Position numbers and translations under genes: made by a program. DNA of 29,501 nucleotides from Candidatus Heimdallarchaeota archaeon (GTDB lineage Archaea; Asgardarchaeota; Heimdallarchaeia; JABLTI01): the NCBI GenBank assembly GCA_030614005.1, contig JAUWKS010000042.1, positions 1 to 29,501 on the forward strand, written 5' to 3'. The notes below the pieces were generated by a model, which saw only the letters and a list, made by a program, of their open reading frames with translations, was not told where the DNA came from and ran no database searches. Below are positions 8,033-16,571 of this stretch, piece by piece (the stretch's first letter is position 1; the number at the start of each line of letters is the position of its first letter).

Positions 8033-11000
8033 TTACTTTACAACGGTTATTGTTGGAGTTTGCACTACTCCAATATGAGTATCATTAATTATACCTACTG
8101 TATCCACAATCCTACAATAAAACGAAACCGTTCGTTGTTTATAGGACCTAAATAATCCCTTTCGCATTGAAGGTGCTTTCCACTCGAAAGATTCCAAAAC
8201 GAAGTTCTCGCCTTTTTTCACTCGAGTTTTTAATCTGTACCTCTTAATTAGTTTAGCTCTGGCCTTCTTAGTAAATTGTAAGATATGTATTTCTCTAATA
8301 TCACTATGGGCTTTGAATTGTAATTTTGGGGTTATTTCTGTAACATAATTACTGCTAATTCTCGATTTAAGTGGAGGGTTTCCAAGTAAACTAAAATTAA
8401 TCAATTTTGACAATGGAGGTGAAACTTTGATCGAAGTAGTGGTACTGGATCCTCTACCATTAAAGACGCAAAGTATATGCCACTTGGATGAACACATACT
8501 AAGAGGTATTACCACAGGCAAATCAATTGTGAAAGTTTTTCTTGAAAATCTGGATTTCTTTTCATATAATTTGATTAAACCTCTTTGTGATAGCCCCCAT
8601 AAGGTTATTTTACCACGAATATTATTTCTTGAGAGAGTAGCTTTGACTTTAACAAAAGTTTCTCCAACAGGGTTAGGTGATGTTGTTAGATTTGTTATGG
8701 AATGTGTTTTATCTCTTGGAACCCTGACCTTTACACATAATTTATGAGCAGTGGCTAAAATTTTTCTACTCTTTCCATCTCGAACAATAAATCTTATCTG
8801 AAACTCACCAGTATAATTATTGAGTTGAATTGGAATTGGTAGGTAACAAAAATCAACTAGTGATGCTTTTTCTAGGTTAAAAGACTCTTGAAAAGATCTT
8901 CTTCTTGCACCACTTCCCTTAGTTAAGGGGACAAATTCCGCTTCTACTTTAACTGGATGTGAAATTTTGGATTGTAATATTGATCGACGCCATTTTATCT
9001 TTATTGCTGGAACAATTAATGAATAATCAACTTTAGATGGAAAGTTATGAACAGAGACATTTTTGACAAATTTAGATTCTTTGAAGAATTCTTCTCGTTG
9101 GAATGTTGGAGTAGCAGCAACTGTTTTTGTGGAAGACCCAGCAGTTCGATTTGAAGTTTTAGATTTTTGTTTCGTCCTCGATGCATTTGTTTTTGCACTT
9201 TTTGAAATACGAGGTTTTGGCAATACTACACTTTGTGTACGGTATCTAGAACTTGACGCTGTTGATGCATAAGCTTGCACTTTGCCCCTTGATCCTTTCT
9301 GCAGAGATTTTGATCTAGATGATGATTTCTTGGGGTAAGTCTTTGCTTTCACAGGTGCTTTTGTTCTAGTGGTCTTCTTGTGTTTAGCAGATGAATATCT
9401 CTTTTTAATGGATTTCTTACTTGATTTTGCAGGTGGTGACCTAGTTCGTGTTGGAAGCTTCTTTGTTGACTTTGCGGGTCGAATAGTTGCTACACGTTTT
9501 GATTTCAGCGAGGAGGAGGAACGTCTAACTGATTGAGCAGCCAAAGGTCTTGATGTGCGACCTGCAATGGGTTTTGGGGGTGGTTTTTTAGCTTTTTCAA
9601 GAAGTTTCAATCTCTCAAGGCGTTTTTTCTCCAAAACCTTTTCTCGTTTTATCTTTTCGCGTTGTGTTTTAGCTGCTTGAGCTTGTTTAACTTTCAGTCG
9701 TTGGCGTTCCTTTGCCATTACTTTTTTACGTCTTGCTCTGGAATCAAATTGTAGTTTACGAGCGATGGCACTTTGTGAAGTATCTTTAGTTCTTACAGGT
9801 TTTACTGCTTTTGTTTCAACAAATTCAGATACCGATTTATCGGGTTGACCTAACATTTCACTAAAGACTCTTCTAGGTCTGCCGTTCATTAATCCCAAAC
9901 TTTTGATAAGATTTGCAATATTGTTGTGATTTTGTTCATATAAATAAAACATAAATGTAGCTGCAGAAATAGGAGGAGCTATTCGAGCTGTTCCCCACAA
10001 CATAATAAGAAGAGGAGCAAGTTCGCTTTCTTTCATTCGTAATTCAGTTAACTCTGGTTTTAACCAGATAAGTAGGGCACGCAAAGATTCATAGATTTTC
10101 CCAGGAGGTCCACCTGTTTCTGGATTGTGATTATAATATTTAGCGAAAAGTCCGCCTGACGCTTCGATGCTAGGGTCTCCTTGGAATTTTGCGAACATAC
10201 CAAAGTTTACTGCTCTTTTACGATGTTCGTAAAGTGTATTTCCTTTTATTTCAGGAATCGTTGTGCCAGCTCTAACCATCTTAGCACCTTTCAATGCTAA
10301 TGCTTGAAGTAATAAGATAATTGAAATTCGAATACTTTGATCATATTGTGCATCAAAGAATCGACACTCTATGGTTCCATAGACTGTATATGGATAAGCA
10401 TCTACATACCGGTCATCGGGAATTTCTTTTCGTACATGTCTTGAGAATTGGGTTTTAGTATAAGATGAACTAACGTGTGGTAAATAATCAGGCATATTTG
10501 GACCCAATTGTCCGGAATTTTCTTTTAACCGAAAACTTCGAACACTGTCCGGAGCTAAAACCATTGTTCTTCCATCATTACCCTTCTTCAGGATAATACG
10601 GCCAGCTGGCTTTCCATTTACAAATGGAGAAGTATTAGACAAAGCTATCAGATGCGGAATATAAGCTCGAATCATGTTATAAGCAGCGCTTTTTTCAGAC
10701 TCATTTTTGAATCCACCAAGGTGGTGATGTTCTCCACAAGTCACTCCAGCTCGATATTCGGATTGATAAGGATTGAATCCCAGTGCTTGAATATTATATC
10801 CTTTAGTAATTGATTGAGAAGCAGCTAAGTAGAGAGTATTTACCCACCAATCCAATTCTTCAACATATTCACAAGGAGGAGTTACTAATTCTAATAGCCA
10901 GGTTATTTGTGAAATATTTGGATCAGGACCAAAAACATTAATCGCAATGGATTTACCATTGACTGTATATTCAATTTGGACATAGCGAATCATTTTTCCA

Positions 11001-11275
11001 TGTCTTTCTACGTCCTTTCTCGAAACACGTTTAATTTTTTTCCTGATATAATCTGGCACATTTCTTGTACTACTTGTCAAGGATTTTAAGAAACCTAATG
11101 CACCATTAAACATCTGATCCCAGACTGCAACTAATTCTTTTCCGTCCTCTAAAATTTCTCCACGTTTATCAGTAATGAAATTCTCAACTTCTAAACCATG
11201 AGTAAAAGGCAACTTACGTAGGGTACTTGTAGCAGAATTTGCTGATTTTATGTTTGTGGGACGTTTATTGCTCAT
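8033..11275 (-). CDS. Large multidomain protein: GCS2/YbdK-type carboxylate-amine ligase + Lys/Arg/Ser-rich linker + beta-rich C-terminus
   Basis: HGLEVE, LELVTPP, CGEHHHLG, LIALSNTSPF and TIECRFFD match glutamate-cysteine ligase family 2. About aa 500-730 are low-complexity and basic. About aa 740-1080 show alternating beta-strand patterns. Confidence 0.8.
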   Translation of the reverse strand: MSNKRPTNIKSANSATSTLRKLPFTHGLEVENFITDKRGEILEDGKELVAVWDQMFNGALGFLKSLTSSTRNVPDYIRKKIKRVSRKDVERHGKMIRYVQIEYTVNGKSIAINVFGPDPNISQITWLLELVTPPCEYVEELDWWVNTLYLAASQSITKGYNIQALGFNPYQSEYRAGVTCGEHHHLGGFKNESEKSAAYNMIRAYIPHLIALSNTSPFVNGKPAGRIILKKGNDGRTMVLAPDSVRSFRLKENSGQLGPNMPDYLPHVSSSYTKTQFSRHVRKEIPDDRYVDAYPYTVYGTIECRFFDAQYDQSIRISIILLLQALALKGAKMVRAGTTIPEIKGNTLYEHRKRAVNFGMFAKFQGDPSIEASGGLFAKYYNHNPETGGPPGKIYESLRALLIWLKPELTELRMKESELAPLLIMLWGTARIAPPISAATFMFYLYEQNHNNIANLIKSLGLMNGRPRRVFSEMLGQPDKSVSEFVETKAVKPVRTKDTSQSAIARKLQFDSRARRKKVMAKERQRLKVKQAQAAKTQREKIKREKVLEKKRLERLKLLEKAKKPPPKPIAGRTSRPLAAQSVRRSSSSLKSKRVATIRPAKSTKKLPTRTRSPPAKSSKKSIKKRYSSAKHKKTTRTKAPVKAKTYPKKSSSRSKSLQKGSRGKVQAYASTASSSRYRTQSVVLPKPRISKSAKTNASRTKQKSKTSNRTAGSSTKTVAATPTFQREEFFKESKFVKNVSVHNFPSKVDYSLIVPAIKIKWRRSILQSKISHPVKVEAEFVPLTKGSGARRRSFQESFNLEKASLVDFCYLPIPIQLNNYTGEFQIRFIVRDGKSRKILATAHKLCVKVRVPRDKTHSITNLTTSPNPVGETFVKVKATLSRNNIRGKITLWGLSQRGLIKLYEKKSRFSRKTFTIDLPVVIPLSMCSSKWHILCVFNGRGSSTTTSIKVSPPLSKLINFSLLGNPPLKSRISSNYVTEITPKLQFKAHSDIREIHILQFTKKARAKLIKRYRLKTRVKKGENFVLESFEWKAPSMRKGLFRSYKQRTVSFYCRIVDTVGIINDTHIGVVQTPTITVVK

Positions 11276-11319
11276 TACTCATTCATACCCTACTTTTGCA
11301 CAATGTACAAATCTGTATT

Positions 11320-12747
11320 TCATTTTGGTTTTTGATGTAATAGATAATCAAACAAATATTGTTGAGTAAATGGATAGCTCTCTTCTTGTTCTTCGAGAAT
11401 CTTTGTTATCTTGGATGCAAAATCCATTAGTGTGGTTACCTCAGAGACATTTAATTTTCCATTTTTAAGTTGTTGAATCACAAAACTTCTGCGAATATCA
11501 ATTATATCTGCAAATATATTGAGAATATACAACTCTTCGTAGACATTACTTCCAGAAGGATCGAATAATGCATCTGTATTGAAGTACACACCAGAAATAG
11601 AGCACAATTCAGCAACAATTTCAGAAAGTTTTTCTTGAGTCTTAACTTTCAATATTTTATCGAAATCCTTTCTTGTTACTTTAGATTTTTCAACACCTTC
11701 GCGGTCAATCACTTTTTGAGGCCAATAAATTTTCAGCATACGCAGAGCATTTAATCCCAGAACATGTCTTATATGATCAAAGGTTAATCCTTGTTCTTTT
11801 GCTTTTTGGGAAAACAAGTAAGTAAGATGATCACTTGCTTGTGGGACACCGAAGTAATTATGATCTGTTCCATACATCGTGGATAAATGCCAATCCTCTA
11901 CAAGGTCAAGGCAATTTTTGTAGAAAATTTCACAATCGTCGCCTCTCATTCCTGAAGTTTCAGTTTTAATATTGGAGTCACCTAAAATTTCATACATACC
12001 TTTCGTTGTATAATCAAAGCCAAAATGCCCAAGTATTACTGTAAAATCATCATTCTTTGCTCGTTTTCTAACTTCCATTGTCACCTGATGTATCTCTTGA
12101 GCTGTTTGATAATTTTGAACATCAAAAATAACTGGTAATTTATAATCAACTGCTGTACGAACTATTTCAATAACATTTTCACTAACTATATCGTTTATCC
12201 AGTTTTCTGAAAGGGGATGGAGTTTTAATCCTCTTGCGCCATATTCCACACATCTGAGAATCTCATCAATAGCTTTTCCCTTATCATTTGGATTTACACG
12301 ACAAAACGGAACCAATCTCGAGCCATACTCGAGTGTTTGTGCGCGAGTTATGATATAATTATTCGAACGAACAAAATGAGGTGATGTTTTTGCATGGAGA
12401 GTATCATGTAATGGAAAAGTAACTATTTTGTCTGCAAACCAACCGATATTCTGTGTAGTTCTTTTATCTCGAAAGATATCTTGTTGTAATCTAGTTGCAG
12501 GCATTGTGAAATCATTTGCTTTTTCTGGTAATTCAAACGCATAATCCTCCGGATAACTTGTAATCCTTTTGTGAACATCGTATTTTAATTTCTCATAGAA
12601 ATCTATGTGATCCTTCGGTCTTACGATTCTGTAGTCTTTACCTTTTCCGCTTACAACCATTTCCTTTCCCAAATGTGTGTGAGTGTCCACTACATTAAGC
12701 TTCAGCGGTTTCTTCTTAGGATCCTCTTTATCAAATATAATTATCAT
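11320..12747 (-). CDS. Amidohydrolase-superfamily metallohydrolase (Amidohydro_2-like) with C-terminal extension
   Basis: VVDTHTHLG (HxH), RGLKLHP, LPVIFD, ILGHFG, MYGTDH. Confidence 0.85.
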   Translation of the reverse strand: MIIIFDKEDPKKKPLKLNVVDTHTHLGKEMVVSGKGKDYRIVRPKDHIDFYEKLKYDVHKRITSYPEDYAFELPEKANDFTMPATRLQQDIFRDKRTTQNIGWFADKIVTFPLHDTLHAKTSPHFVRSNNYIITRAQTLEYGSRLVPFCRVNPNDKGKAIDEILRCVEYGARGLKLHPLSENWINDIVSENVIEIVRTAVDYKLPVIFDVQNYQTAQEIHQVTMEVRKRAKNDDFTVILGHFGFDYTTKGMYEILGDSNIKTETSGMRGDDCEIFYKNCLDLVEDWHLSTMYGTDHNYFGVPQASDHLTYLFSQKAKEQGLTFDHIRHVLGLNALRMLKIYWPQKVIDREGVEKSKVTRKDFDKILKVKTQEKLSEIVAELCSISGVYFNTDALFDPSGSNVYEELYILNIFADIIDIRRSFVIQQLKNGKLNVSEVTTLMDFASKITKILEEQEESYPFTQQYLFDYLLHQKPK

Positions 12748-12832
12748 TAGCGTTACCTCAAATATATTAACTGAATAAAGGCATTGTATACTGCTAGTAT
12801 ATTAGTAAGTTTCTACCTTATATAGAGATATT

Positions 12833-12848
12833 TACATACAATTACATA
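12833..12848 (-). promoter_or_regulatory. Candidate operator TATGTA-ATTG-TATGTA upstream of the amidohydrolase-ligase operon
   Basis: Direct repeat with 10-bp period, just upstream of a TATATAAG box on the minus strand. 15/16 identical to 18629-18644. Confidence 0.3.
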
Positions 12849-12902
12849 GATATACAACCTATCTAAAAACCCTTGCATTTGGACAGAAAAAAAAAGAAAA
12901 TG

Positions 12903-13943
12903 TTAGCCAAAGAAAGATTTAGCTAATAACCACTCTTCTTTGGGAACTATTTTTCTCTTAGCAACTGCATCTTCAATTGGGACATCAACAATACGTGTGC
13001 CTTGTAGACTAGCCATACGACCAAATTTTCCAGTATGGATTAATTCTGCAGCTTTGGCGCCATATCTCAAACCCAAATAGCGATCATATGCGGTAGGTGA
13101 TCCTCCTCTTTGAATATGACCCAAAGTAATACATCGGACGGGGAGATTTGTGCGTTTTGTAATTTCCTCAGCAAGGAATTCACCTACTTTAAGATCAGCA
13201 AGTAAAATGTTCCCAAATGAATCGGTTCCAGCTTTTTCGATTTTCTCTTTCATTTCTGAAAAAACAACTCCTTCAGCAACACAGACAATGCTATATGTTC
13301 TCTTACCTTCGTGTCTCTTCTTTAATAAGGAACATACTTCGTCTATTGAAAATTCGAATTCAGGTATAATAATTGCATTTACATTTCCAGCCATCCCTGC
13401 TTCTAAGGCAATCCATCCAGAATGTCGACCCATTAACTCCAAAACAAAAACACGGTGATGAGATTTAGCAGTAGTTCTCAACCTATCGATTGCATCCATT
13501 GCAATATTTATTGAAGTATCGAAGCCAAAAGTTTGATCTGTTGCTTCTAAATCATTGTCTATTGTTTTAGGCACACCAACAACATTAGCTCCTTTTTCAT
13601 TCAGAATTTTTGCCACACCCAATGTATCATCTCCGCCACAGGCAGCAAATGCAAAGATATCTAATTTTTTCAATGTAGCAAGAATTTTCTCAAACCCATT
13701 CTCAACTTTTCTTGGATTTGTTCGAGATGAGCCTAGAATTGTTCCACCCTCTTGAACAATTTCTTTAACTCGTTCTAAAGATAAGTCTTCAATTAATCCC
13801 TCAATCAATCCTTTCCAACCATCTTGAAAACCAATAACTTCATAGCCATTTTTAATTGCTGTTCTTGTAAAACCAGCTATTACAGGATTTAATCCGGGAG
13901 CATCGCCACCACTAGTTAAAATGCCAATTTTTTTTACCATCAT
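12903..13943 (-). CDS. pfkA: 6-phosphofructokinase (PfkA family), PPi-dependent signature
   Basis: GGDAPG, SRTNP, GGDDT, PKTIDND, MGR, AEG, LGHIQRGG. Confidence 0.93.
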   Translation of the reverse strand: MMVKKIGILTSGGDAPGLNPVIAGFTRTAIKNGYEVIGFQDGWKGLIEGLIEDLSLERVKEIVQEGGTILGSSRTNPRKVENGFEKILATLKKLDIFAFAACGGDDTLGVAKILNEKGANVVGVPKTIDNDLEATDQTFGFDTSINIAMDAIDRLRTTAKSHHRVFVLELMGRHSGWIALEAGMAGNVNAIIIPEFEFSIDEVCSLLKKRHEGKRTYSIVCVAEGVVFSEMKEKIEKAGTDSFGNILLADLKVGEFLAEEITKRTNLPVRCITLGHIQRGGSPTAYDRYLGLRYGAKAAELIHTGKFGRMASLQGTRIVDVPIEDAVAKRKIVPKEEWLLAKSFFG

Positions 13944-14121
13944 TAATCACGGATAAATATTCAGTAGTTGTATCTTTCACTTCAATTCTTATTTTTTTCT
14001 CTTAGATTAATCTTATCTATCAATATTCAGTGCTGATTTTAAGTAGATTTTCGTTGAAAAAATTTTAATTACAGTAAATTTGTATAATAGTGAGTAATAG
14101 TATAATGTTTGGTGAATTATT

Positions 14122-15291
14122 ATGGCAGGTTATAATTATCGTTGGAGTATTGAGAAACAAAAAGAAAATGCTGAAGATAATCTAATAACGTTTATTAAAA
14201 AACAAATAGCAAATTATAGTCCATTTTATCGTGAATGGTTTAAACAACATGAAATCGATATAAGCAAAATAAAAACAATTGCTGATGTGCAAAAAATCCC
14301 AATAACAACAAAAGCTGAACATTCATCTGATCCGTATTCTTTTATTTTAAAACCATATATGCCAGAATGGTGGGAGTGCAAATTTGAAACAAAACCACTA
14401 TCAAATTATCAATCGTTCATATATTGGTTGAAATCACAAAATAAAAATTACTTTCGAGAGATTTTTAGCAAAGAACCAATGAAAGATGAAGAAAGAACAA
14501 TCACTGAAGCTTCTAATGATTGGTTACCAGTTCATTTCCATACAACAGAAAGCGCAAAGGATCCACGTTTGATAGCGTATACAAAACGTGATTTAAAGAA
14601 GAATATACCCGAAGTTGCTGCTCAAATTTATTCAACAGGATTTAGAGCGTATTGGGAAATATTTAGTTTAATTCCTGCATCACCATCAATAAATTTCTTC
14701 CAAAGTGTTTGGGCGCCCCTATCAGTCGGAGGTGGATCATTCTTTACTTGTGGTGAGAATATTACTTCAATTGACACACAAATTGAAGTAGCAAATAAAA
14801 TTACTTTTGAAGTGTTTTTAGGGAAACCAACATATATGCTCAAGTGGTTAAAAGCGGCTTTGGTTAAACTCAAGAATAACGAAATTTCGCCAATAACTAG
14901 TGTTAAATTATGTATCTTATCAGGTGAACCTTTGAAACCAAAAACTAAAACTCAAATTAAAGGACTATTTTCTCAGCTTGGTTCAGAACCAAGTATCATT
15001 GAAAATTATTCCAATAATCGAACAAAGGTGTCATTTACAGAATGTTCAGAAAACTCAGGCATTCATTTAAATCCAAGATATTTCTACTGGGAAGTATTAG
15101 ATCAAAAGACCTTAGAGCCTGTTGAAGATGGAGAAAGTGGGTATCTCTGTTTTAGTCATATTGATTGGCGAGGTACGGTATTTTTACGATATAACACTGG
15201 TGACCTTATCGGAGGGTTAGAATGGAAAAAATGTGATTCTTGTGGATTAACAATGCCAATAATCAAAGGACCAATTACACGTAAAAAGTAG
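14122..15291 (+). CDS. Phenylacetate-CoA ligase (PaaK/F390 synthetase)-like protein, degenerate and C-terminally short
   Basis: IPITTKAE, GIHL...FYWEVLD, GESGYLCFS, LRYNTGDL and CDSCG. The P-loop SSGTTG is replaced by TTESAK, and the protein ends at the hinge. Confidence 0.75.
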   Translation: MAGYNYRWSIEKQKENAEDNLITFIKKQIANYSPFYREWFKQHEIDISKIKTIADVQKIPITTKAEHSSDPYSFILKPYMPEWWECKFETKPLSNYQSFIYWLKSQNKNYFREIFSKEPMKDEERTITEASNDWLPVHFHTTESAKDPRLIAYTKRDLKKNIPEVAAQIYSTGFRAYWEIFSLIPASPSINFFQSVWAPLSVGGGSFFTCGENITSIDTQIEVANKITFEVFLGKPTYMLKWLKAALVKLKNNEISPITSVKLCILSGEPLKPKTKTQIKGLFSQLGSEPSIIENYSNNRTKVSFTECSENSGIHLNPRYFYWEVLDQKTLEPVEDGESGYLCFSHIDWRGTVFLRYNTGDLIGGLEWKKCDSCGLTMPIIKGPITRKK

Positions 15292-15386
15292 CTATTACTT
15301 TTTACTTTGATTTTTCAAAACAGTTTGCAATTACTCAAAAATAAAGAAAAGTGAACCTCCATTTAGGAGGAAAGTAAATATGTTAA

Positions 15387-15992
15387 TTATTTAACAGGTC
15401 GTTTTTCAACTGTGTCAAGATAATATATAACATTCATCGTTGCAAATGCCATAATGATTATCACAATTGCAATTCCTAACCAAAATGTTGGTGAGATTCT
15501 AACAGTTGATTCAATGAAATCTTTGTTAGCAGGCCAACCCGCGGCGGGTCTTGGAGTACCAGCAGCCCATCTCGCATAGATAAGACTACCAATAAGATAG
15601 AGTATACTGCCAATAAAGACGGATCCACCACCAACTGGACCAGGTCTTTCTCTTGTAAAATAACATGGTTTATTTTGATATGTTAACCAGAATTGATATA
15701 CTGATCCAACAGCTATAATGAATAATCCTAGGCCAATCAAAATAGATGCTGCCATTGGAAAGTCCAATAAATCAACAGCATCGCCAAAAGTACCTTGGGC
15801 AAGATTGTCAGATCGCCATCTGCCACTCCACTTTGTGTAGTAAGTGAAATTTCTATTTCCGGTTCCAAAATGGTTTACATAGGGAACTGCCATTGTAAAG
15901 AGAAGTAAACTAAATGCGCCAATTATTACGCCTATTCCGAGCCATTTTTGAGATGGTCTTGTCATTTCATAACCCAAATGTTTTGCCTCCAA
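15387..15992 (-). CDS. Four-TM membrane protein (claudin/PMP22-like topology, tentative)
   Basis: Four hydrophobic segments with a long first loop containing WSGRW. TTG start at 15992 or ATG at 15965. Confidence 0.75.
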   Translation of the reverse strand: MEAKHLGYEMTRPSQKWLGIGVIIGAFSLLLFTMAVPYVNHFGTGNRNFTYYTKWSGRWRSDNLAQGTFGDAVDLLDFPMAASILIGLGLFIIAVGSVYQFWLTYQNKPCYFTRERPGPVGGGSVFIGSILYLIGSLIYARWAAGTPRPAAGWPANKDFIESTVRISPTFWLGIAIVIIIMAFATMNVIYYLDTVEKRPVK

Positions 15993-16202
15993 TAGTAGTT
16001 AAGGAATGAATTATTCTTTTTAATTCTTTTGATAACTGTTCGTTATTCTTCTTCTTTTCCTCAAGTCTTTCTTTTCGTTCTTTTTCTCTTCTTTTTCCCT
16101 TTTTTTCTTGTTCACTTGCGCACTTTCGTTGTTTTTAAATTTTCATTACGAAAAGCTTTTTTTATGTTTTTATTGCTAGATACTATATATGAGTGATCAA
16201 CT

Positions 16203-16547
16203 TTGACAAAAGATCTATCTATTCACATTAAAATCTGGTTTGAAAAAAAGGGTGAATCTGTTATTGGGCCCGGTAGAATGGCTATCTTGGAGGCAATAGA
16301 TCAAACTGGTTCACTAACTCAAGCAACAGAGATGTGCAATATATCTTTTCGTAAGGCTTGGAAGCTAATCAATGAAATTAATGATAAAATGGAACAACCA
16401 GTAATTTCTACTGCTCGAGGAGGTAAAGGAGGAGGAGGTGGAACAACACTTACAGAATATGGAAAAAAGTTGCTAAAGCAATATAGAAAAATTCAATCTG
16501 TTTTAGAAGGTGTAGTAAGTAATCCTGATATCTGGTCTGAAATATAA
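16203..16547 (+). CDS. ModE-family winged-helix transcriptional regulator (HTH only)
   Basis: IGPGRMAILEAIDQTGSL...ISFRKAWKLI...ARGGKGGGGGTTLTEYG. No TOBE/molybdate-binding domain. Confidence 0.9.
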   Translation: MTKDLSIHIKIWFEKKGESVIGPGRMAILEAIDQTGSLTQATEMCNISFRKAWKLINEINDKMEQPVISTARGGKGGGGGTTLTEYGKKLLKQYRKIQSVLEGVVSNPDIWSEI

Positions 16548-16571
16548 AGAGAAAATAATAAGAAAAAAGTC

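Noticed and set aside
11276-11322. TGA read-through fusing the amidohydrolase to the ligase
   Set aside because: The 44-nt gap puts the ligase out of frame.
1914-14873. Shadow ORFs 1914-2207, 3842-4111, 4745-4975, 6356-6643, 8427-8747, 9016-9198, 9063-9272, 13150-13458, 13555-13755, 14628-14873
   Set aside because: Antisense or out-of-frame inside recognised genes, with composition typical of reverse-strand reads.
15289-15310. Pyrrolysine or stop read-through extending the PaaK-like ORF
   Set aside because: A TGA follows six codons later and no C-domain-like sequence is downstream.
16150-16202. ModE operator near modE
   Set aside because: No convincing CGxTATATA-N-TATATAxCG inverted repeat and no mod genes nearby.
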